DNA from: Candidatus Palauibacter poriticola
Lineage (GTDB): Bacteria > Gemmatimonadota > Gemmatimonadetes > Palauibacterales > Palauibacteraceae
Direction: 5' to 3'
Length of the DNA: 64,000 nucleotides
NCBI GenBank assembly: GCA_012270965.1
Contig: JAAXHJ010000070.1
Location: 8,083-72,082 of the forward strand
The position numbers and the translations under genes were made by a program. Under the pieces are notes generated by a model. That model was not told the origin of the DNA and searched no databases. It saw nothing but the letters and a program-made list of their open reading frames with translations. Numbering within the stretch: position 1 is the stretch's first letter; the number at the start of each line of letters is the position of its first letter. Of the stretch, positions 19,884 to 29,256 are shown in pieces.

Positions 19884-21490
19884 TGGGCTTCGCGACGGAA
19901 CCGGCCTTCGTCTGGTTTTATTCCTTCGCCATCGTCCTGTTCGCGGGCTACTGGGCGTTCAGGCTGCTCCGCAGAGTTCTCCACCTAGATCGTACGCTGA
20001 CGGACCTCACGGACGCTATCGAGGATTATGCTGACGAGGAGGCGTTCGCGGGGGGGTTTTCGGACTACGACAAGCGCGTGCGGGATCTCCTTCTCGACAA
20101 GGTGCCTTGGACGGAATTCGTCGAGTCGCTGATTGGGCCCGGTTCCGGTGAGTCAAGCGTCATCCGCAATACACGAGACGTATCAGAGTTTCTCAACGAT
20201 GCGACGATCATCTTCCCCCGCCTCTCGAGGGATTTCTACCGGGCCTTGCCCAACCTGCTGACGGGCCTCGGGATTCTGGGGACTTTCCTCGGTCTGGCGG
20301 GAGGTGTCGGCGAAGCCAGCAGCGGCCTCGGATCAAGCCAGCTGGACGAGGTGACGGGGTCGATAAGCAGCCTTCTGGACGGAGCCTCCCTCGCTTTCTG
20401 GACGTCGATCGTGGGCATCTCGTGCTCGATCGCGTTCGTCTTGCTTGATCGCTGGTGCACCCGCCGCGTGCGAGACACGCTGCGCCGCTGGGTTGACGGA
20501 ATCGAGGAGCGGCTTGAACGCCTGACCACGTCGCGGATCGCGCTGGACCAACTGAAGCAGGCTAGGCGGACGACAAGAGAGCTTGAGACGTTCAACACCG
20601 AACTCGTCTTCAGCATCCAAGCTGCGCTCGATGAGAAGATCGTAGGCGGACTGTCGCCGCTCTTGAAGGACATCCACAAGGCGGTGGACGATCTCCGCCG
20701 CGACCGTGCCACCGACAGCGCGACGGTGGTCGAAGATGCCGTGAAGAGCTTGGCGAGCCTTCTGGAACGTCAGACGGGCGAGCAGTTCGAGGAGATGAAA
20801 GAGACGATCGCCGAGCTGAATAGATCGTTGGCCGGCGGAATCGAATCGCTGCGTGACGGCGCGCAGGAACTCGCTCGGCAACTGGAGGACTCTGGAGATC
20901 GAGCCGCCAAGAGGTTGGACGGGTCCACATCTGGACTGGCTGCGGGAGCGCAGAACCTGTCGGGCCTGATCACACAAGGCGAGCGGCTCGTCGAGAAGAC
21001 AGCCACCATGATCCAAGGCTTCAGCAGCGTGCGGGAAGAGATCATCACGGCCGAGAACAGATTCAGGGAGGCGCAAGCTGCCCTTGTGGCTGCGGCCGAA
21101 CCGCTTGCGGCGACGGGCAGGAATCTGGGGAAGACCGGAGACCGGGTCGTCGAAGCAACGGAGCAGGTCGGAGTCGCGGCGAAGCTGATTGCCGAGACGG
21201 TGACAGATTTGGAGCGCACTCAGCGGGAAACGTCCCGCGCATGGGCAGAGTATCGGGAACGCTTCGCGGGCTTGGACGTGACGTTGGAAGGTGTGTTCGC
21301 CCGGCTGAAGGAGGGTCTGGAGGCGTACTCGAAGCAGGTCGGGGAGTTCATGCTAGGACTCGATGGCTCGGCCAGCCGCGTCACTGACTTGCTGGCAGGC
21401 GCGACGCAGGAATTGTCGGAAGCGGTCGAGGATCTTGACGGGACGCTGGACAAATACCTGAGACCTTTGCGGCTGAGATCACAGCCGTGA
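19883..21490 (+). CDS. zorA: Zorya anti-phage protein ZorA (MotA-like with long helical tail)
   Basis: N-terminal TM; LPNLLTGLGILGTFLGL and AFWTSIVG MotA/ZorA TM motifs; about 330-aa coiled-coil-like tail; first gene of a zorABCD-ordered operon. Confidence 0.88.
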   Translation: MGFATEPAFVWFYSFAIVLFAGYWAFRLLRRVLHLDRTLTDLTDAIEDYADEEAFAGGFSDYDKRVRDLLLDKVPWTEFVESLIGPGSGESSVIRNTRDVSEFLNDATIIFPRLSRDFYRALPNLLTGLGILGTFLGLAGGVGEASSGLGSSQLDEVTGSISSLLDGASLAFWTSIVGISCSIAFVLLDRWCTRRVRDTLRRWVDGIEERLERLTTSRIALDQLKQARRTTRELETFNTELVFSIQAALDEKIVGGLSPLLKDIHKAVDDLRRDRATDSATVVEDAVKSLASLLERQTGEQFEEMKETIAELNRSLAGGIESLRDGAQELARQLEDSGDRAAKRLDGSTSGLAAGAQNLSGLITQGERLVEKTATMIQGFSSVREEIITAENRFREAQAALVAAAEPLAATGRNLGKTGDRVVEATEQVGVAAKLIAETVTDLERTQRETSRAWAEYRERFAGLDVTLEGVFARLKEGLEAYSKQVGEFMLGLDGSASRVTDLLAGATQELSEAVEDLDGTLDKYLRPLRLRSQP

Positions 21491-22302
21491 GACGGGAACG
21501 GGCGCGCCAAGCTACGCCGCAGGCCGAGGGTGGAGACTATCTGTCGACGGTCAGCGATCTCGTGTCTGCCCTGATTTTCATATTTGTGATCCTGCTCGCC
21601 GTGTTTGCGTATCAGCTGGCCGGGTGGGGCGTGGCGGGGGAGGACACCGCGCTCGCGGAAGTGCTCCAGGAGATTGAGCGGCGGCTGGACAGCGCGGGTG
21701 TCGCGGTGATTATCGTCCCGGAACAGGGAGTGCTCCGCTTCTCGAATAACTCGATCAACTTCGATTTCGGTAGCGAGCAACCAGCAAGCATACATGATCG
21801 CAACATCGGGCGCTTGGCTTGGGCGCTTGCCCAAGTGCTGCCCGGCCGGGTTAATGGGCACGTGGAGCCAACGGGTTCGGCTTCGGTGGCACGACCCGGC
21901 TATTGTGAGCCGCCGGTGGATGCGATCCATTATTCGTCGAGAGATTCAGTACGCTGGCACGTCGAGACGTTGTTGATCGAGGGGCATACCGACAGTATTC
22001 CCGTGTCGGAAACGGGCAGCCAACGCTACCGTGACAACCTCGAACTCTCGTCCATGCGCGCCGCCTGGGTGCATCGCATGATCAGCGATTGCGAGTCGCG
22101 GTTGAACGGACTGCGCAACTCCGATGGCTATCCGATCCTGAGTACCAGCGGTTACGGAGAGGCGCGACCCACCGGTTTTGGCGCGGCCGCCGACCGGCGG
22201 ATCGACCTTCGCTTTCTGTTGGAGCCGTCCACCCGGCTCGGTGACGCGGATCCCGTCACGGAGGAGGTCGGGAGGCAGTACGACCGGAGAGGGGAGCGCT
22301 GA
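21487..22302 (+). CDS. zorB: Zorya protein ZorB (MotB/OmpA-like)
   Basis: SDLVSALIFIFVILLAVF (conserved TM Asp); OmpA-like IEGHTD, NLELSSMRA, SGYGEARP and DRRIDLRF. Confidence 0.9.
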   Translation: MRRERARQATPQAEGGDYLSTVSDLVSALIFIFVILLAVFAYQLAGWGVAGEDTALAEVLQEIERRLDSAGVAVIIVPEQGVLRFSNNSINFDFGSEQPASIHDRNIGRLAWALAQVLPGRVNGHVEPTGSASVARPGYCEPPVDAIHYSSRDSVRWHVETLLIEGHTDSIPVSETGSQRYRDNLELSSMRAAWVHRMISDCESRLNGLRNSDGYPILSTSGYGEARPTGFGAAADRRIDLRFLLEPSTRLGDADPVTEEVGRQYDRRGER

Positions 22303-23711
22303 TGGAGAGAGCGGGGAACCTGCGAGGAATCTTGGATTCTTGGCCTCCTATCATGCGACCCCCGTCCGGCTTCAGGCCCCGACGGATCGCGATCGTGGAG
22401 CGCACGGTCTCCAAGGAACTTGGTCGGATCGAGGCTAGGCCCCCCACTTCGGTCGACTTGGACGCGCTGCGGCGGCGAACGCTGGCCGCATGGCGCCAGC
22501 ATCCGCCTGCCCGGTTCATGCGCGAACTCTCGCCGCGGGATCGGAAGCGGCTCCCGTGGGTCCTGTTTGGAGATCGTGATCCCCTGAGAGTCTATTTTGA
22601 CCTCGTGTGCGCCTACCGCGACTGGCTCGCGGAAGCGCCGCCCTCCGCCCTCCGGACGCTGCTACATGTGCTGTTGCTGAAATACCCGATGGAAGAGCCG
22701 GCCGGCGACGTGCTGCGGGCGGAGCTGGCGAGAGTTTTGGCGCGAGCGGAAGGTCGGTCTCTCCAACGCTGGACGAAGCGGTGCAAGGAGTACGGCTTGC
22801 TCAGGGCCGATGGCCTTGGTCGGTTCGGGAAGTTGCTGCTCCAGGCGGCCGATCCGCACGAAGTACTTCAGGCGGCTGGCTTCGACGGGGGACTGTTGCG
22901 GTGCGAATTCCTGCGGCATGTGGCCCATAGGGTTCTGGATGAAGCGGGCGTTCGACTGCGTGGCGAGGAGGTCGGGGCACTGCAAGAGCGGCTGTTCCGC
23001 TTCCTCGAACTTGATGGGCAGCTCCGCTTCAATGACCCCGAGACCCGGAGCCGGCTCGCGAAGGGACTGCTCGATCCCTACACGGCCCGCCCGCCGGAGG
23101 CGCCCGTCAGAAACGTCTTGTTTCCGTTCTTTCGCCGACACTTCGGGCATCCGCACCTCAATGCCGGCCGGTGGCACGGAATAGAGGATGACCTCAGAAA
23201 GGTTGCCCTCCGGTGGTGGATCGAAGAAACGCTGGAACTCTTCGTACAGGTGGTCAAGGAGTTCGCCCTCGACCGACATTGGAGGTATCGGGAGAGATTT
23301 TGGCGAGCGTTCCACGACGCAGGGTTCATCGATGACGCTTGGTTCGTCTTCGGTCCGCGGGCGACGGGCATGATTCGATCGATCCCGGGGCACTCGGGCG
23401 AGGACGTCGGTGCGGTTCATGCGCGGCTGACGGGCGCGGACAACAGCCAATCGGTACTACTGCTTCGCATGCCGGGCCTAACGATAGCCGAGTGGAGCCA
23501 CAACGGGTCGTGCCGCATCTGGCTCGACGGGCATGAAAACCAGCCACCACTACACAAACGGTCCTATGACGCGTCGATGCTCCGGGCCTCGGCCGACTTC
23601 ACGCAACCGCATTTCTTGAGCGAGATGGGAAGGTGGCAGCGGCGCGTCGCATCGTACATCGAAGCGAACACGGGGGCGGCGGTGTCCCGCCGCAAGTACG
23701 CTTTCCTGTAA
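22302..23711 (+). CDS. zorC: Zorya protein ZorC (EH-signature domain)
   Basis: C-terminal RHWRYRERFW...DDAWFVFG...IAEWSHNGSCRIW...QPH...GRWQ EH-signature pattern; lies between zorB and the helicase. Confidence 0.85.
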   Translation: MERAGNLRGILDSWPPIMRPPSGFRPRRIAIVERTVSKELGRIEARPPTSVDLDALRRRTLAAWRQHPPARFMRELSPRDRKRLPWVLFGDRDPLRVYFDLVCAYRDWLAEAPPSALRTLLHVLLLKYPMEEPAGDVLRAELARVLARAEGRSLQRWTKRCKEYGLLRADGLGRFGKLLLQAADPHEVLQAAGFDGGLLRCEFLRHVAHRVLDEAGVRLRGEEVGALQERLFRFLELDGQLRFNDPETRSRLAKGLLDPYTARPPEAPVRNVLFPFFRRHFGHPHLNAGRWHGIEDDLRKVALRWWIEETLELFVQVVKEFALDRHWRYRERFWRAFHDAGFIDDAWFVFGPRATGMIRSIPGHSGEDVGAVHARLTGADNSQSVLLLRMPGLTIAEWSHNGSCRIWLDGHENQPPLHKRSYDASMLRASADFTQPHFLSEMGRWQRRVASYIEANTGAAVSRRKYAFL

Positions 23712-26700
23712 TGGACGCGCTTCAGTTCGAACCGCGATCCGAGCACCTTCTCGTTCGGCTAGCCGGCGCTGAGCCCGTCCCGGTGGCCGACTGGACCGCT
23801 CGGGAGGCAGCCCCCCCGGGAATCGAAGTGTTTCTTCGATTATGGTCCGACGGGGAGGCGGAGTACGCCGAGGATGGCTACGCCCTGAGTGTGCGCTGGC
23901 CCCGCCTAGCCGGCCTCGCCCCAAGGGAGCTGTCCTACGCCGGCCTACCTAACGCGGCACCATTCACGGTAGAAGTACGGGCGAACGGCGCAATCCATCA
24001 TTCCGACTTTCAGATCAGCTATCGCTTTATTCGTCGTGGTCGACATGTGTGGGGTGTGCGTAGATTGGGGGCGTGGCTGAGTCACGGAGACGACGCGGAG
24101 TTCATCCTGCTGGAGCCGCTCTACTCCATCCTTGACGAGATCGACGCGTTCACAAACGCCGGGGAGTCGGACATCGAAGCGCGGATGCTTCATTGGGGAC
24201 GGATAAGACTCCGGCTGCCCGTAGAATCCGTCGTCGACGACCATCTGCAATCGCTGCATATTTCCGTGGCGTCTAGTTTCCGCTTGCATCCGTTCATAAA
24301 CCAGAACGGCGAGACCGACTTCCATCCGATCCTCGGCCGCCGGGTCACGGAGGAGAGGGAAGACGACGAGACGCACGAGGTGTTTCGGGAAGTGCTACCC
24401 TCAGCCCGGCAAGACGAGTTCGCGCGACGCTTCAGAGGGCTGCCGGCAGTCCAGCCGCGATATGCTGTTGGCGGCGGCGCCTTCGTCATGCTTGCGAAGG
24501 GGATGAAGCGCTGCCTCGACGTTGTGCACCGGGCTCAGCGAGGCACGGTCGAGGAGCGCCGCGACCTCCTCAAGAACGTGCATGGGTATCTCCAGGCGGC
24601 CCTCGCCTCGGACCCAGCGGTCGACGCTCCGTCCGTCACCGAGACCGAGTCCGGTCCGCCGGATGTAGTTCCCGAGATCGAATCCCAAGACCTCGACGCG
24701 ATCTTCAGCGACGAGGGGCTCAGTGACCGAGTACGCGGGATCGGCTGCTGGTCCATTAGGGATCTTCCTTGGATTAAGATGCCGGGAATACCGTGGCTGC
24801 CCCCGGAAGAACTCGGCGTCGAGATAGGCGGTCAAGTTGTCTGGGTGCCGACGGAGGACCTTCCGTGCGTCATCGAGCAGGTCAAGGAGGCGCAGGCGGA
24901 GGGTGTCGAGTCCGTCGAAGTCAACGGTGCCCACCTACCGGTGACGCCCGAGGTTATTTCCACGCTCGAGGAATATGATCGGCGTGCGCGCCCCGCCCGG
25001 CCCGATACCAGTAAGACGGGCCCGCAAGGGTCTCGGCAGCGGGAACGGCGCGCCGATCAGGTCTTGGATGTCATCGATAATCTGACGGAGACTGCCTACC
25101 GGCAGCGCCGGAAACCGCGGGGGGTAGATCTCTCGGCAACGGGTCCGGCCCTCCGGTCAACGCTCATGCCCCACCAGCAGGAGGCGCTGCGCTGGCTGCG
25201 GGATCATTGGAGCGGCGGTAGCGCGGGCGTTCTGCTCGCCGACGACATGGGGCTGGGAAAGACCATCGAGGCGCTGGCGTTCATGTCATGTCTTGGGCAG
25301 ATCATGGGAGAGGACCGGGTGCTGCCTCACAAACCCATGCTCATCGTGGCTCCGACCGGTCTGCTGAAGAACTGGCTGGACGAGCAAGAAAAGCACTTGT
25401 CGCGGCCGGGACTCGGAAAGATCGTCGAGGCCCACGGCCGGGAGCTGTCCAAGCTGCGGCGGAGGGCGGCCCCGATGGACAAGATCCGGGGCGAGTTGTC
25501 GGACGCCCTGCCGCAGCTTGACTTAGGAGAGCTCGGGCGGGCGGACTGCGTGCTCACGACCTATGAAACGCTACGCAACTACCAACACTCGTTCGGGCGG
25601 ATTGAGTGGCGCGTGGCCGTGTTCGACGAAGCCCAGAAAATCAAGAATCCCGCTGCCCGTATCACGGACGCGGCACTCGCCATGAACATTGATTTCTGTC
25701 TGCTCATGACCGGGACGCCGGTCGAGAACCGGGTGGCGGACATTTGGACGTTGCTCGACCGGGCCGAGCCGGGGTTATTTGGCCCGCTGAAGGAGTTCAG
25801 CCGCCGCTACGAGTCCGACGAGGGGAGCGGCCAAGCGCTGGAGGGACTCCACAGCAGATTGGTTGAGCCAAAGTCGAACGTCCCCGCGCTCATGCTACGG
25901 CGCCTGAAGGAAGACCACATCGATAATCTTCCACGCAAAGTGCTACACGTGGAGCACGTCACCATGCCCGCTCGGCAAGCCGAGGTCTATACCCGTGTCG
26001 TAAGCAACAGAGACGGGGGAAAGAGGATTCTTCAGACGCTGCACCGGCTGCGCAGCGTCTCGCTGCATCCGACATCGCCCGGCGATGCGAAGAGCTGGGA
26101 GGAGTACCGGGACGGATCAGCCCGGCTTTCCGAGACGTTTCGGATACTGAGGAGGATCCAGGCGGCTGGTGAGAAGGCGCTGCTCTTCGTCGAGCCGCGC
26201 GATATGCAGGCGTTCCTCATCCGTGTGCTGCGGAGGGAGTTCGGGCTCTCGCAGGACCCACTGGTCATCAACGGTGCCGTATCCGGGGTGAAGCGCAAGC
26301 AACGCGTGGACGAGTTCCAGGAGCGGCAGGGGTTCGACGTTATGATCCTGTCGCCGCGTGCGGGCGGAGTGGGGCTCACGCTCACCGCCGCGAACCACGT
26401 CATCCACCTCACGCGGTGGTGGAACCCCGCCGTCGAGGATCAATGCACGGATCGCGCGTACCGAATCGGCCAGCGTCGGACGGTGCACGTGTACGTACCC
26501 ATCGCGGTTCATCCCCTGTTCCGCGACGCCAGTTTCGACGTGAACCTCCATAACCTGATCATGAGGAAGCGCGATCTGAACCGTCAGGTATTGGCCCCGA
26601 CCTCGGCCACCGGAGACGACTTCAAGGAACTGTATCGCAACTCTATCGAGATTGGGGACAACGGAGGGAGGCGTGCGGATGCCGGCGGGAGCGAAGCCGC

Positions 26701-27088
26701 GAGGGACATCGACATCATGGAGCCGGAGGCGTTTGAGGACTGGGTGCTCCATCAGCTGGCCCGCGCTGGATACAAGACGCACCGCACGCCGCCGACGCGT
26801 GATGCGGGAATAGACGGCCTCGCAGTGTCGCCCGAGAAGGATCACACGCTCGTGATCCAGTGCAAGCACACGCAACGCACGGGCTCCAATCGTGGGCCCG
26901 ACGCGGTCGAGGAGGTGATACGCGGCTCGGACGCCTACCGGCACTTAATCAAGGGACGAACCGTGCTGATGGTGGTGACCAACGCGATGGGCTTCTCGAA
27001 ACCCTCGCGCCGAATGGCCAAGGCACACGACGTCGTCCTCATTGATCGAGCGGGGTTACGCGGTTTGTCCTCGTACCGGACGTCGTGA
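23711..27088 (+). CDS. zorD: Zorya protein ZorD (SNF2 helicase plus C-terminal Mrr-like nuclease)
   Basis: ATG overlaps the zorC TAA; LLADDMGLGKT, DEAQKIKN, TGTPVEN, GGVGLTLTAANHVIH, WWNPAVEDQCTDRAYRIGQ; C-terminal FEDWV...DAGIDGLA...IQCK Mrr-type motif. Confidence 0.9.
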   Translation: MDALQFEPRSEHLLVRLAGAEPVPVADWTAREAAPPGIEVFLRLWSDGEAEYAEDGYALSVRWPRLAGLAPRELSYAGLPNAAPFTVEVRANGAIHHSDFQISYRFIRRGRHVWGVRRLGAWLSHGDDAEFILLEPLYSILDEIDAFTNAGESDIEARMLHWGRIRLRLPVESVVDDHLQSLHISVASSFRLHPFINQNGETDFHPILGRRVTEEREDDETHEVFREVLPSARQDEFARRFRGLPAVQPRYAVGGGAFVMLAKGMKRCLDVVHRAQRGTVEERRDLLKNVHGYLQAALASDPAVDAPSVTETESGPPDVVPEIESQDLDAIFSDEGLSDRVRGIGCWSIRDLPWIKMPGIPWLPPEELGVEIGGQVVWVPTEDLPCVIEQVKEAQAEGVESVEVNGAHLPVTPEVISTLEEYDRRARPARPDTSKTGPQGSRQRERRADQVLDVIDNLTETAYRQRRKPRGVDLSATGPALRSTLMPHQQEALRWLRDHWSGGSAGVLLADDMGLGKTIEALAFMSCLGQIMGEDRVLPHKPMLIVAPTGLLKNWLDEQEKHLSRPGLGKIVEAHGRELSKLRRRAAPMDKIRGELSDALPQLDLGELGRADCVLTTYETLRNYQHSFGRIEWRVAVFDEAQKIKNPAARITDAALAMNIDFCLLMTGTPVENRVADIWTLLDRAEPGLFGPLKEFSRRYESDEGSGQALEGLHSRLVEPKSNVPALMLRRLKEDHIDNLPRKVLHVEHVTMPARQAEVYTRVVSNRDGGKRILQTLHRLRSVSLHPTSPGDAKSWEEYRDGSARLSETFRILRRIQAAGEKALLFVEPRDMQAFLIRVLRREFGLSQDPLVINGAVSGVKRKQRVDEFQERQGFDVMILSPRAGGVGLTLTAANHVIHLTRWWNPAVEDQCTDRAYRIGQRRTVHVYVPIAVHPLFRDASFDVNLHNLIMRKRDLNRQVLAPTSATGDDFKELYRNSIEIGDNGGRRADAGGSEAARDIDIMEPEAFEDWVLHQLARAGYKTHRTPPTRDAGIDGLAVSPEKDHTLVIQCKHTQRTGSNRGPDAVEEVIRGSDAYRHLIKGRTVLMVVTNAMGFSKPSRRMAKAHDVVLIDRAGLRGLSSYRTS

Positions 27089-28486
27089 AGGGGTCAGCCC
27101 TCCTAATGCTCGACCGGCTACGCGAGGGTGGCGCGGCGCTGTCCCGCGTCACGGAACGCTGGGTGCCCGACGCGTGGGTGATCCTCATGTCGCTCACCGT
27201 GGTCGCGCTCCTCCTCGCGGTCACGGGCGGCGGCGCTTCGATGCCGGAGGCGGGGCTGGCGTGGGGCGCGGGCGTGTGGACGCTGCTCGAACTCGCGATG
27301 CAGTTCTCCATCGCCATGGTCGCCGCCCACGCTTGCGCCTCGTCGCCTCCGGTCTACCGGCTGCTCGATCGCCTCGCGCGCTGCCCGAACCCGGAGCGCC
27401 CGGTCCAGGCGGTCGCCTTGGCCGCCGGGTTCTCCATGGCCGTCGGCTACCTCAACTGGGCGTTCGGGCTCGTCGGGTCCGCGCTCTTCGTCCCGTTCAT
27501 CCTCAAGCGCAACCCGCGCGCCGACGTGCGCCTCGTCGTCGCCGCGGCCTACATGGGCATCGGGACCGTGTGGCAGTCCGGCCTCTCCAGCTCCGCTCCG
27601 CTCATCATGGCCACCCCCGGCAACCCCCTGCTCGAACCGGGGACCGGCGCGCCCGTCGTGGACCGTCTCTATCCGGTTACCGAGACACTGTTTCATCCGT
27701 TCAACCTCGGGTATGCCGCCGCCATGCTGCTCGTCGGTCTCGTCGCCGCCATGGCGCTCCACCCGCACCGCGGCGCCGTCACCCTCACCGAGGCGGAGGT
27801 CGACGAGATCCTCCCCGCGCCCCCGCCGCGCGCCGAGACCGCGACGACGCCCGCCGAGCGGCTCGACCGCTTCCGAGGCTGGTCGCTCCTCGCCGCCCTC
27901 CTGTTCGCGTACCCGCTCGCGCACTCGATCGTCACGCGGGGATTCGGGGCGAGCTGGACGATCAACGCCTACAACACCGTGTTTCTCGTCCTCGCCATCG
28001 TCCTGCACGGCCGCCCGACCTCGTTCCTGCGCGCCTGCCGCGACGGCGTGGGCGCCGCGTGGGGGATCATCCTCCAGTTCCCCTTCTACGCGGGCATCTT
28101 CGGCCTCATCCAGAATACGAATCTCGGCGGCTGGCTCGGCGAGCAGTTCGCCGCGGTCGCCACGACGCGGCTCTACCCGCTCGTGGTCTACGTCTATTCG
28201 GGGATCATGAGCATGTTCATTCCCTCGGCGGGCTCCAAGTGGATGATCGAGGCTCCGTACGTGATCCCCGCCGGAGAGGTCCTCGACGTGTCCGTCATGA
28301 CCGTGCTCCTCGCCTACGCGTACGGGGACTCCGCCTTCAACCTCATCCCACCCGTTCTGGGCGCTCCCCATCCTTGCCGTGACGCGGCGCCGCTTCGGGG
28401 AGATCTTTGGGTACGCCTTCCTCCTCTGGCTGGCGACGATCCTCCTCGGAGTCGCGACCATGCTCGTGATCCCGATTCGTTGGTGA
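27085..28486 (+). pseudogene. atoE: Short-chain fatty acid transporter (AtoE-like), +1 frameshift near 28348 (pseudogene or sequencing error)
   Basis: ERWVPDAWV, GLSSSAPL, ILQFPFYAGIFG, FIPSAGSKW, AYAYGD. Removing one C from atccca (28345-28350) restores NLIHPFWALPILAVT...FGYAF...IRW* ending at 28486. Start could be ATG 27106. Confidence 0.8.
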
Positions 28487-28574
28487 CACTCGTGAAGACC
28501 GTGACACTCGTGAAGACCGTGACGCTCATGAATGAAGACTGTGACGCCATGAAGCCGGTGACGCCATGAAGACG
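28483..28574 (+). repeat. Five 17-22 bp tandem units at the atoE-stop/sixA-start junction
   Basis: gtgacactcgtgaagacc x2 (exact), gtgacgctcatgaatgaagact, gtgacgccatgaagccg, gtgacgccatgaagacg. Confidence 0.85.
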
Positions 28575-29057
28575 CTGCTCATCCTCCGGCACGCGAAGTC
28601 CTCCTGGGACCATCCCGGGCTCCGCGACCACGACCGCCCCCTCAATCCCCGCGGCCGCCGCGACGCCCCCCGAATGGGACGGTTCCTCGTGGAACGGGAT
28701 CTCGTGCCCGGCCGCATCGTGAGTTCGACCGCCGTCCGCGCGCGCACCACGGCGGAACTCGCGTCGGCGGAGTTCGACCGGGAGGTGGAGATCGAGACGA
28801 CGAGCGACCTCTATCACGCGTCCCCGGACGGCTACATCGAAGTCGCGGAGGCGATGGGGGGAGGAGCGGAGCGCCTCATGGTCGTGGGGCACAACCCGGG
28901 CGTCACCTCCCTCGTCCGGCAGTTGACGGGCGCGGGCGAGTACATGCCGACCGCCGCCCTCGCCGCCGTGGAACTGGATATCGACGACTGGTGGGACCTG
29001 GGTTCGGCCCCCCGCGGCCGCCTGATCGGCCTCTGGCGCCCCAAGGCGCTTGCTTAG
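28566..29057 (+). CDS. sixA: SixA-like histidine phosphatase
   Basis: LLILRHAKSSW, DHDRPLNPRG, SSTAVRARTT, VVGHNP, MPTAA. Confidence 0.9.
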   Translation: MKTLLILRHAKSSWDHPGLRDHDRPLNPRGRRDAPRMGRFLVERDLVPGRIVSSTAVRARTTAELASAEFDREVEIETTSDLYHASPDGYIEVAEAMGGGAERLMVVGHNPGVTSLVRQLTGAGEYMPTAALAAVELDIDDWWDLGSAPRGRLIGLWRPKALA

Positions 29058-29151
29058 CCATAGCTCTTCGCGTGCGCCGCGTGCTGGCCCGCCTGAGAGC
29101 TGCTCCTAATCTACAGAATGTCCTTCAGGTGCAGTTGTCCCGTATCTCGAA

Positions 29152-29256
29152 TCAGCCGGAGTTTCGACGAGCCAAACCACCTCGTCCATTGAAGAGTAGT
29201 GAAACGACACTTGTGTCAACAACGACCGCAACGTGGCTGTCTTCGACGACGGTCAT
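29152..29256 (-). pseudogene. Truncated PIN-domain (VapC-like) toxin N-terminus
   Basis: ATG overlaps the upstream stop (ATGA); MTVVEDSHVAVVVDTSVVSLLF is a typical PIN N-terminal motif; stops after 34 residues. Confidence 0.55.

Noticed and set aside
19883-22302. Flagellar MotAB or ExbBD/TolQR
   Set aside because: The long ZorA-type tail, the adjacent EH-signature and SNF2-Mrr genes and the absence of flagellar or TonB genes favour Zorya.
28483-28574. Mini CRISPR array
   Set aside because: Units are directly adjacent with no unique spacers, are too short, and no cas genes are present.
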